Positions 24,523-35,708 of a stretch of DNA of 64,000 nucleotides are shown here, in pieces. Each line of letters starts with the position of its first letter. The stretch's first letter is position 1. The position numbers and the translations under genes were made by a program. The notes under the pieces are model-generated. The model was not told where the DNA came from, did no database searches, and saw only the letters and a list, made by a program, of their open reading frames with translations. The DNA comes from Catajapyx aquilonaris (Eukaryota), in NCBI GenBank assembly GCA_000934665.2, contig KZ538074.1, forward strand, positions 62,001 through 126,000, given 5' to 3'.

Positions 24523-25545
24523 TACTACATCTGAAAGCACGGCTTTGAACGACCTGCAGAATGACCATCAAGTGCTACTTCAGCATGAAATCTCCAGATA
24601 CATTATTATTGTTTCACTTTGGGCATTAGGGGCGTATTTTAAACCAATCCCTTCTTTGTTCACTATAATTATGTAGCCCCCATAAAAATGTACTGCGTTG
24701 ACATAAATGCAAACATATGATTGGAAACTGCAGAATTGTAACCCCGGCAACATAATTATGATGGCGTAGTGGGTAGGCGTAATACTCATCCGTCGCAAGA
24801 ACAAAAAACCATCCGCTAACCAATAAGGTTGAGATTGCAGGAGACGTGTGCAATCTCCACCTTACCGCCATTGATGATTTCGATGAGAAGGTAGTAGTCT
24901 GGAATCTTTTTCGCCCAGAAGATATTGTGTTACTAAAATGAAACTTATACTGGTGTGTACAGAAGAGATGTGGTTATCAGTGTGTTTATTCTCATGCATT
25001 TCGACCTCAGCACATGGGCATGGTCAACGATCACAAAACTTGATATCTCGAAAATTGCTATTTTCCCACATTTAAAATGCTTAAATCATGCATCCATCGT
25101 CTCCCCCACACGATTGCGAATCCATGGACATGCGAAACACACGGTCAGCATGTACTCACCGAGATATGAGGCAATATTTGAGTCCATGTTTTTGATTTTC
25201 TTCGATTTTGACCATGGCATAACCCTTGACCTGTTGAACGTAGGTGGCTGAAAATTGGGGATTTACTTACTCTTCACATTTGGAACCTGCATGCCAAATT
25301 TCATCACCATCAAAAAATGGAGGGTGTGTACCTGGAATTACCCTGACAGCAAATTGTGTCTTGAGCAATGGCAACAGATTGAGGTGGTGCACAACTCAAT
25401 CCTGCTCACAACCAGGATTGATGTGAGAATGGGGACCAGGAGAGTGGCAAAGAAACATGTCGGAAGGCAATTTCTGCCTAAACAGACCATATGGTGAACT
25501 TTGGGGGTTATGGTTGTTCTATGAGTGAATTATTGTAATGATTAA

Positions 25546-26683
25546 GGCACGATTTCTCGAACAGTGGTTCAAATGTAAACCCGGTTCAAATCCGGTTTAA
25601 ACCCAGTTCAGAGAAATTTCCATTTCTTGAGGCAAAAATAAACTCCTGATGTGGTTTAAACTCGGTTCACATCTGACGGCCCGATTGCCGGCCGTTATCT
25701 GAAATAAACCGGGTTTGGAATGCCGGGAACAACAATGAAAGATGTCATTTTTTGACTAGTTGCCGACGTTACTCCGCAAAATGAGTTTTTTATGACACTT
25801 CTCGAAGGCCAAAAAATTCCCCCTGTGAACCCTGGATAGTGCACATCTTTGTCTATCTAATGATATATTTGAAACTTAGAAATCGCAACTATGTGTAATC
25901 AGAATTAAGTTAATTGCACACCTCTGTTATCTCGGCCGTTTCTCATCCGAATTACTTCGCGAATGTATCGATGGCAAGCCAGAAATGTGCGTGATAAAAT
26001 TACATCGTGCTCTATTACACTGAAATTTTTAAAAGTATTGTTTTAGTAAGTTTAATAAACAAGTACTCAGCCTGCTTTCTGGCAGGAATAGACGGTGATA
26101 CTTTTAAATACGTTTAAAAATTTTAGTGTAGCACAATGTAATTTTATCACGCACATTTCTGGCTTTCCGTCGGTACATTCTCGAAGTAATTCGGATGAGA
26201 AACGGCTGAGATAATAGAGGTGTGCAATTAACTTAATTATGATTATACACAAATGCCGATTTCCGAGTTTCAAATATATCATTAGAAAGACAAAGATTTG
26301 CACTATACAGGGTCCGCAGGGAAATTTTTTGGCCTCCGAGAAGTGTCAAAAAAAAAATCATTTTGCGGCATAACGTCGGCAACTAGTCAAAAAATGTCAC
26401 TTCTAATGCGATGTCTCTCACTCCACTTTCTAGACTTGCTAACAAGAGTCTGTTTACTAGCCGGTAAAGACTCGCGCTGAAGCTCAGACTGGTTCGGGGA
26501 AATGGGGAGGACAGGAAATGGCAAAGGCGCAATTCTAACCTGAGCTTGTCGTTCGCATAGTAACGGAGGGTTTGTTTACGCTCGAGAAATGCTCACACTC
26601 AGAAGGAGAGTTTAAACTGAATCCAGCGTGTAGACGCAAACCCAGTTCAAACTGGCTTGAACCACTGTTCGAGAAATCGGGCC
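25546..26683. mobile_element. Harbinger-type element with a nested inverted repeat (~25745-26400)
   Basis: TAA|GGCACGATTTCTCGAACAGTGGTTCAA...TTGAACCACTGTTCGAGAAATCGGGCC|TAA; a partial copy starts at 32421. Confidence 0.8.
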
Positions 26684-27290
26684 TAAGTGAATCAACTCAA
26701 TTATTTTGTAGAAAGTGTGTTTGCAAAAGTAATACAATGGGCATCAAGCAGATCAGACAGAGGGCTCAAGAGCTCTATGGTTTTCCTACTTAGCACAATG
26801 TTTGATTTTGAATTCTCCACCTAGCATTCTTTCCAGTGCTGGCCAGTTAGGCCAGACCCTGAATGGCTGCCTGTGTGAATGATTATAACAAACAGTATGT
26901 AGTGGAAAGTATGGGAAGGTTGAATGCTGTGTATGTCACTGATTGAGGAGACCTTTATAACCATATGTTACATCAGAATGGGCAATGGCTGTCAACAATA
27001 TAACTATTAAAGGCTTGTGACAGCAATACTGTTGTAAGGCTGAGTATATTATGGATATGTTACATGTGATTAAATGGTACATCTGTGAGCAGAACCCATG
27101 GAAATATTAGAATATGTCTAGATCAGCATACTTTCATTGCAATTGTTATCTGTAGCCACTATCTTAAGAATGATCAATACCTGCTACTACTTCCTTCTCA
27201 ACATACAGTATTAGGTTCGTGCAGGTTTTTTTTTTTTTGGGGGGGGGGNGGGGGGGAGGGGGAGGCAAAACATTCATTTATCAACGTATT

Positions 27291-27623
27291 TATTTATTTT
27301 ACTTACCCCATTGGGAGACAATGCTCCTTTAGGGGGGTGGAACACTACCATTTTTCCATAACTATTTTCTTAATTTGCTTCGGACACCGTGCAAGGGAGA
27401 AAGGAACATAGGGAAGGGAATGAGGATTTTTGGGGACGAGACATGGGTACATGTGCAATGTCTGAAACTGGGCCATGTGCAGTCTCCCTGGAGGTTAGGT
27501 TGCCAGACGCCTCCAAGGCGCGTGTCCTGACGCAGGCGAAAGGGAACTCCCAGGCGGGGTTTGAACCTGGGACCTTTCGCACAGCAAGCCAAGACGTTAC
27601 TGTCTCGGCCACCACGCCTCCCC
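27291..27623 (-). mobile_element. SINE family 3
   Basis: tRNA-like head at the right end; TSD catttatcaa..tatt; homologous to 43897-44236 and 56071-56401. Confidence 0.85.
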
Positions 27624-28763
27624 CATTTATCAAAATATTGACCATCAATTTAAATAATCCTTTGCCAACAATCATTGGGGCAGCAGGTGAATGAAAGCTT
27701 CCAGGCTTTGACTAAAGGAAGTCACTCACTCATTTCTGACAATCACTGCGGCTGGTGAAGTGCTCTCCAGACAAGCCATGTTACATAGAACAGAACAGGT
27801 TGTAATCTGAAGGGGCAGTGTCTGGCTCAGGGGTTCCCAACGAGGGGTACCCGTACCCCCAGGGGGTGCGAGGTGGCCCTCCTGGGGGTACGGAGCTAAG
27901 TACCCCTGAGTCCAAATCGAGCAATTTTGGACAACACAGCCCATAAGTGGCTTGCGCAAAGGAAAATAGAGCTGGATTATAATCAAAAGAATTACTTAAT
28001 TTTCTTTCACTTCATCATATTCTTGGTCCCAAAATATTGATTATAAGGTAGTTATCACAATTATCACGGATTAGTTAAATGTCAAGGATTCAATAAATCT
28101 GTCATCCTGGTAGGGGGTACGAGAAGGACCTCTGGTTAGTGCACTGGATGCGGCAGCACCTCCCATCCCAGCTACAGCAATGTCTTTTTTTGTCGCTCTC
28201 ACTCTGATTTATAAAGAGAGAGAAAACTGTGGTGAAAATGGGTCTTGTCAGGGTTCATCTCAAAATGAGGGCATAATAGCAACTGATAGAGCAACACTAA
28301 AAAAATAACCCCACTCGACATATTGCATGTGCTTGTAGAGTCACGCTGCCACCACGTAAGAAATGTGGGTGCTAAAATTGCTAAAGTTATTGACCATGCA
28401 AAGTTAAATGCACAAACTTTTGCATAGACTCAATATGATGTGGCCATAGCCCCATCTGCTTTGTGTTGCTACATGGAACATGCAGACACCTTGTGTTCAC
28501 ATTAATCCGCTTAAATAATGAAACATTATGGTTTTTCAGCACAATTGTTCAAGTCATTTGCTTTTGAGGGGCATAATAATATTTTGGAAAGCGCATGAAA
28601 TATTTTGAGACCTGAAACATAATTTGGCAATGTTCTGTTTTCATTTGTGTGTGACATTGGCACTCTTTTCCTGGTTAATGGATAGTAACTTGAAAATAGC
28701 CCACCTGTCACCTACCTCTACTGCAATGGTTAGGCATGTTTTCCATTAATAAATTGTGTGCAG

Positions 28764-31700
28764 GGCTGACTACTGGAAGTCCCAACCAAAGAAGTTCTGC
28801 GAGTTCTGCAAGTGCTGGTTAGCAGACAACAAAGCCAGCGTTGAATTCCATGAGAGAGGGAAAAGGCACAGAGAGTCTGTGGGCAGGCGCATTACAGATA
28901 TCCAGAAGAAGGGCACAGCAGAGGCCAAGAAGAAGAAAAAGATGGATGATGATATTGCAAGGATGAATGAGGCAGCCCTCAGGCAGTACAGGTATGGAGA
29001 ATATCCAATATGTAGCTGGTGATAATAATATGCCATGTTGGCTCACATACAGTATATTGACTGACTCTACTGTTTGGCATGACCATAATTTGTTTTGAAT
29101 TTACTTTGAGGAGCCAAGTTATGTGAGAAGCATTTTGTCAATGCAATAGTGAAGACACTATCTAATACAAATTGGAGTTGTTATCTATTTCTCTCGACAC
29201 AAGGTTTTTGAAAAGTACATTTCACTAAGGACATGGATGTAGTGTGTAGTGCAATTCTGTCCTGCGAGATGGTCATTAGACATTTTTGGGTCGGAAAGCA
29301 ATGCAGGAGTGGCAGGAGTGTTCAGCATAAGCATACCTCATTTAAGGCCATTCCATTAGTGTGAGCCATTAACCTATAAGTATCAGCCCAAGAATTCTGA
29401 TTGGATCACAATAAATCTCGATGTCAGTGATTGAGTGTAATGATAAATTGCATTTAATTTTAAAAGACCCCCATTTATAAGCGACTAACAGGTGACTCGT
29501 TCTTCGCTTGGGGATTGATAAATGAAAGAAGGTAGTTTGTAAAACATGCATTTACTGTATGGTGAGCTAAGTCAGAAGGACTGTAAATGCTACGTGCTCA
29601 TTGGCGAGATGGCTCGCGGTACCCGGACGTTACGGAAAAGGACCACTTGTAAGCTTGTACATCTGAAGCATAATAAAGGAACCATGCCGGATGCCCTTCG
29701 ATGGGTGGTGCACTAACCAAATTATTATTATTATTATTATTATTTTTATTTTTATTATTTTATTATTATTATGATTATGATGATGATGATGATGATGATT
29801 ACAGTAGATTCCCGATAACTTGAAATTCTCGATAAGTCGAAGAAAATCTTGGACTTGGCGGATTCTCCATAAAATGTAATGCAAATTGAATTCCGATAAC
29901 TTGATTTTCTCGATAAGTCGAATATATTTTGTGAACTCTGCAGCACTTTCGCTATTAATTAGTCGAATTCTGTCAACACCAGGGAATTTCCAAATTGAGA
30001 AAGACACTCAAGCCATCTATTTCTTGCCATCCCATATGAAATCCACGGGGAGCAGCTCCTAGCCACCCAGCCTCCACCCCACCACCCAAAATTCCCCCTC
30101 CCTCGAGAGTGGTCACAAATGCCCTAGGCGAGGATTGCTGTGGCTTCACCTGGCACGGGAGGGTGTACTCAAAATGGCTACCTTTTTCTTTACGAAGATT
30201 GCACGCGTCACGAAATCGCAGCATGACGCGGGCAGTGAAAACTGCCTACTAGTCATCTAGCGGTCACTTGCAATCATGTCCCAGTAGCGAGACGCATACT
30301 GTAGGTGTTTAATTTGTGCAGGTGCTGTTTTCCCCACCATACTCGATAAGAATTTTTTTCCTCAGTCCCATGGTGGTTCAAGTTATTGGGATTCGACTGT
30401 ATTATTAAATCCGACAGACGGTTGCGGGATCTAATCAAAGTTCTTGAGGTCATAAAAAGGGAGCATAGTTTTCATTTTTTATTTGCGATGAAAAAGTAGC
30501 CAAACATAAAATTGCTGGGAAGGGAGAACAATGGTTACCAGAACATGGGCAGATTTCACCACCTTGATTTTAACTTAATGAAGTAATTACTATCCTTTTG
30601 GTGTATGTTCCTGGGCTTAACTCAATTTTGACATTTTTGTGGGTTGACCCATTATTACATAACACTGTCCAACTGACTATCAGTTATAACAGACTGAAAA
30701 GGCCGGTACCGGCATTCCATAAGGCCCTGTGTATTTTGTTACTCCTGATATTAACCGATTCATTTTCACCTCACGTCGGCTATAACCGACCATTTCTTGA
30801 CCTCTCGAAAAATTTGCAGCTTTTGATTAAGTTACTCGACTTCCTTTCCCACGGCAGCAGAAGAATTCCCCCAAATATAAAGGATCCATGGCAGAATGAA
30901 AGTATTGAAACAAGGCAGGAGCACGTAAGACCTTCACCAATATATTCTTGATTTATTAAGGATATGGCTAACCCAGTGGTTTCCAACCTTTTACCAACTG
31001 CAACCCCCCAAACATGTTTCCATAAATGTGCGACAACCCCCCCCCCCCTCCCCTGCGTGCGCTTCCTCCCGGCCCCGGCCCCTCCTACAGCTGCCCCCTT
31101 TCCAGAAAACACACTCTGTACGGCTGCAAAAATGGTTCAATTGCAAAAAGGAATCTTGTTGTTGCACCCAATCCAGGTGCCCCATTACTCCCAGGTAGTC
31201 AAATGTAGCAGTGGCTATACAACAGCACCTGGATCAGGGCACAATGAGCTAAAAAAAAAAGAAGCTTTGATGAAATTTCCTATAAGTAAAAGTTCTAATA
31301 TAATTGGAGCACCCTGTATGTCGGTAAAACAATGTATGATTCAGCTTCAATGCAACTTGAAAATATACATTGCTTTAAGCAATGTCCTTATAGAAACAAA
31401 CTGCCTGGACATCCTCTCTGACTCATAAATATGGACTGTCCCATTAACAGAGAAGATCTTCACCTGAACCCAGAGGCAGACATATCTGCAGAGAACTTCG
31501 TGGAAGAGGAGAGAAAGAAGTCACTTCAACGGTACAAGGAGGAGGAGGAGAGGCTAGAGGCAGAGCGGGCACCAAAAAAGAGGAAGTGGATGGAGGCTGT
31601 CTCTGACCATGGGCAGACCTATTACTACAACTCAAAGACTGGAGGTAAGTGCAGTGGATCATACTTCGAACACCCCTAACTTCGAACGTTCCAGAGTTCA

Positions 31701-34700
31701 AACTCTAAATTTGAGAGAAATTGGATCTGGAGTTTGAATGATACTTCTTAGTTTGAACGATGCTTCTTAGTTTGAAAAAACGCTCCCGCTGCATAGACGT
31801 CATAAGTTTTTCGACCAAGTCATGTCTCACTCTCTCTGTGAAAGCATATCTTGCATTCCACTCATGTGTTTTCAGTGCTTTTATCACTATTATTAGTGTT
31901 TGGCTATACTGTATACTAATGGAAGGTGACTCCCCTTCCAAACAGTAACCCGTCTCTTCCTCTCCACAAGCCACACTGGTCATCACCACTCCTCCATTGT
32001 ACAGTAATTTCAATTTTCATAATTTTACAGAGTATTTAAGTATTTAATTTATTTTCACGTTTTAATTGATTATTATTTAGGGCATTTAATTGTGTTATGT
32101 TTGCCTTCAATTGTGTCTGTTTGCTGTTTAAGTTTATCAAAATGGGTATTCTTTAGTGTCTGGGAACAGATTGATTCACTTTCCATTATATCTTAATGGT
32201 GAAAGTTCATTCAGACATTGAACAATTCAGAGTTCGAACGCCCTCCTGGAATGAATTAAGTTTGAAGTTCGAGGCACCATTGTAATGCCATTGAGTTGCT
32301 ACATCACTTGGTTCAGTTCTCTTCCCTTTCCATTAAAGGGCCAGTGGAAATATTGAAAAAGACTTTAAAAATCTGATGTAGAAATGTGGCCTCACACATG
32401 TGCTGGATATAGTATACTAAGGCCCGATTTCTCGAACAGTGGTTCAAATGTAAACCCGGTTCAAGTCTGGTTTAAACCCAGTTCAGAGTCTCTGAACTGG
32501 GTTTAAACCGATAGGACTCGAGGACTCTGAATTTACACATTTTTTGTTTCGTTGCATTTGAAGTATTACTTACATTTATATCGGACCGGGTATCGGACTT
32601 ACGGATGGATTATTACGGACTGTGCTAGCCACTTGGTTCGGTGGGTTCAGTTCAACCCCCGGACCATGGTCTTATAATACTAAGGTCTGGTCACTACCTC
32701 CTATCGCCTGCCGGGGCGTTTTGCATGAGGTGCTCACTTGAAAGCACCATGAGACCGCCTTTCACTGCTACATTATGTGGTGACCCTACCGGACCGCCCT
32801 GAACTGTATAGGTACAAAAGGGAAGCGCGGGGGCGACACGGTGGCCGAGTGGTTAGCGCCGCAGCCTTCCACCTCTAAGGTCCCGAGTTCGATCCCCGGG
32901 TCGGACGGAGGATACTTATGTGGATAGAGTTTCGAAGGGTTCTCTCCGTGTTCGCGTGGGTTTTCTCGGGGTTCTCCCATTTCCTCCCACTATCAAAATC
33001 CATCACATTTCAGGCAAATGATTAAAGTCGGTAATTCAAAAGATGATCCCCTAAGAGGCCCAAGGGGCCTATCACGGGGTATCCATTATTATTATTATTA
33101 TTACTAAAGGGAAGCGCTACATTGGGGGACCCAACAGGGTCGCCGGCGGACATGTTGGGCCCGCATGTAGTGGCTTCCCTTCTACCTAAGTTAAGCGCGG
33201 TCCGGTAGGGTCGCCACATAATGTAGCAGTGAAGGGCGGTCTCATGGCACTCTCAAGTGAGCACCTCATGCAAAACGCCCTGGCAGGCGATAAGAGGTCG
33301 TGACCAGACCTTAGTATTATAAGACCATGGGTAAGACCTACTTTCAAAAAAAATTCCGCATTTTTCTGATGATATTTTTTAATTTAAATTTTGGTACTGA
33401 AATAGCACATTTTTTCACTATTGACCCATATCCCAGATGGTCAAGTGTTGCCAACGGGAATATCCCAGCATATTTTTTTTCAACCTATGTGAGCCATGGT
33501 AATGGCACCTATATTGCCGTCACGGCAATATGGCTGAAGGCGTTAACATCTGATCTAGAAGGTCTGGCAGTTTAGGTCGCAGCTGATTCACAATTTTCTC
33601 ACAAGGGTCACACTAGACGACTAGAGAATGAATGTCTAGGTGGTATTTTTAAAAAAGTCTTTCTATATGATAGTAAAGTTGTTGATGCAACCTTCATCAA
33701 TGACAGTGTCTGACTCTCTGACCTGGTATGTGTCATTTGACTGAGAAAACTGCAGAGAACCAGAGACCCTGCCAGGGGATAACCATACAATACCTTACCA
33801 GTAGCTTCTCGCAAGGCCTACTCCATTGGTGACAAGTCTGTTGCCCACCTGGTGTTTCTATCAGAGGCTAGCTGGTTGGCCCTTCAGGAGGCATTTCCCT
33901 TCCAACTTCACAGTTGCAGACAAATAAACTATCTTTAAAATGAATAGTAGTCCAGCTGAGTTAACCTTTGGTAGAAAATGTAGACGAGGTTTGGAGGAGA
34001 CTTATTTTCTGAAACTGGTTAAGTTCAAAAGCATTTTTAAAGGGATTTCTGTGCAAGGAACAAAAAATGCTAGCATCTGCAAAAATCTGCCTAATTATGG
34101 AAACTTTTGGTGACAATAATAATTGGGTTTGTAAATCATTACAAAATATATAAAAAGCACACAAAACATATTACTCTTTGAGATATGCTGATTTTCGTCA
34201 ACATCATTTTTTAAACCTGGTAATGCAGCATTTGCAATGTCTGCCCTAGTACCATTAACACAGCCGTTGTCCTTATTTCCATTGTCATGCCATCCATTAA
34301 TCCAGTCGGTTCTTTCACAGAATCAACATGGGAACAGCCCAAGAGCTATATATCATTAGCAGAGCAGCGAGTGCAGTTGCGGGAGTCGAAGAATGCTGCA
34401 AGGGCTGAACGACGTAAGGAGAGGGAGATAGAAGCAGCCAACAGAGCTGGTCCATCAAAGAAACGCGATCCTTATGGTGGGTGGAAAGTAGTGGTCAAGG
34501 ACTCATCATCAGATGAGGACGACCCATTGGACCTCCCCCAAAAGAAAGAGGAAGTAGCATTGCCAGTAGCTATAGTAGCTGAAACAAAGCCTAAGTTCCA
34601 AGAGAAAACTGTTAAGAGCCTGGCTTCTGTGGCATGGGATCAGAGTGCCACCTTCAAGAAGAGAAAAGTGGCAGCTAAGCAGAATGTCCGACAGAGACTT

Positions 34701-34715
34701 GATGATGATGAGTGA
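28764..34715 (+). CDS. WBP4: WW domain-binding protein 4 (FBP21); coding exons 28764-28991, 31451-31644, 34321-34715
   Basis: ADYWKSQPKKFCEFCKCWLADNKASVEFHERGKRH (U1/matrin-type zinc finger), WW domain WMEAVSDHGQTYYYNSKTG|ESTWEQP, DPYGGW and C-terminal FQEKTV...FKKRK...NVRQR. Phases are consistent. Adding an upstream AT gives 819 nt, 272 aa. Confidence 0.93.
29612..29800 (+). mobile_element. Isolated retroelement 3' tail with (att)n/(gat)n
   Basis: Matches the tail of the SINE at 8046-8173 (gctcgcggtacc...ggaaaaggacca...ggtgcactaacc). Confidence 0.65.
29802..30399. mobile_element. pogo/Tigger-type MITE
   Basis: TA|CAGTAGATTCCCGATAACTTGAA...TTCAAGTTATTGGGATTCGACTG|TA with subterminal repeats. 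Confidence 0.8.
31652..32282. mobile_element. pogo/Tigger-type MITE
   Basis: CAGTGGATCATACTTCGAAC...TTTGAAGTTCGAGGCACCATTG|TA with ttcgaac repeats. Confidence 0.65.
32664..33330. mobile_element. Palindromic MITE, CCATGG-ended family, interrupted by a SINE
   Basis: Perfect TIR CCATGGTCTTATAATACTAAGGTCTGGTCAC; the empty version is at 10785-11128. Confidence 0.85.
32829..33105 (+). mobile_element. SINE family 1 (tRNA head, V-domain-like core)
   Basis: A box tggccgagtgg, B box agttcgatccc, (att)n tail; 12-bp TSD aaagggaagcgc at 32817-32828 and 33106-33117. Confidence 0.9.
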
Positions 34716-35226
34716 ATCAGCATGCCTATGGTCAGCTATGCTGCCAAACAATTATGTGACACACTGGAAGTGTGTGAGTGACCATGTTTGGCATGAAATG
34801 TTTTTGTATGTGCTTAGACCATTGTACCAACCACTGCCACCAATCATTTTATCATGCCACCACAACTGCAAATTTTAAATTGTTGATCTGGTCTATGCAG
34901 GCATCACCCATGTGTCCGTTTTAATTGGTACTTGAAGGCATTGTCACTGGGTCCAAATTAGGATGTAGGGAGACTGGGGCACAGTGGTCCATTTGTGCAA
35001 ATTTGAATTTTTATAAGAGTCCTGTTATACCTACACACCCAATATTTTCCAGCATGGTGGAGGTACTCGTTGGTAATATAGGTTATTAATATATTCACAG
35101 GAAGCTTTCCTATGCAAATGGGCCACTGTACTCCGATGGCTGGGGCACAGTGGTCCGGAAGTAATTGGGACCCATAATGCACACAAGAAGTATATTTTAT
35201 TTTTAATAAAAGGTCTACATCTAACC

Positions 35227-35708
35227 CAGCGGTTCTCAAACTTTGCAACCTCTCTCTCTCTCTCTCTCTCTCTNNNNNNNNNNNNNNNNNNNNCCCCCAA
35301 GCAAATAAGCTGGCAGCAGGCAAAAAAAAAATTTTTTTGGTCAAGGCCACAGTCTTGTGTAATAACTGACAAGTACAGTGGAATCCTCCTATAGTGTAAG
35401 CACATTGGATATAACCAAGTAGAAAGATCGGTCCCTTCATATTTCCAGAAGTGCCAATGTACAAGTGCAGTTGAATCCTGATATAACAGACTCAGACTTG
35501 TCTGCTATTATTTGACTGCACAAATCCTTATTCAGAACTGCGAATTTGGCTTTTAGAATTGCACAAATTGTGTAGAACTGCACACTACAGTAAGCCCTGA
35601 GAAGTAGTTCTTACCTAATCAATGCGACTTTTGTGCTGCTTTCGAGACACATAATTTTTGGATTCGCACCCCCGCAGGGAGGCGTGCCCCACAGTTTGAG
35701 ATCAGCTG
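35227..35708. mobile_element. hAT (Charlie-like) MITE containing (CT)n and an N gap
   Basis: CAGCGGTTCTCAAACT...AGTTTGAGATCAGCTG with 8-bp TSD atctaacc. Confidence 0.7.

Larger units (their letters stand above)
23005..25327. mobile_element. ~2.3-kb element with ~500-600 bp inverted arms
   Basis: 23005-~23600 is the reverse complement of ~24805-25327; it hosts a GTAC element and a SINE. Confidence 0.8.

Noticed and set aside
32829..32905. tRNA-like sequences (also 7393, 24219, 27550, 38430, 44170, 47210, 56330, 61940)
   Set aside because: They are followed by SINE bodies, microsatellite tails and TSDs, so they are SINE heads rather than tRNA genes.
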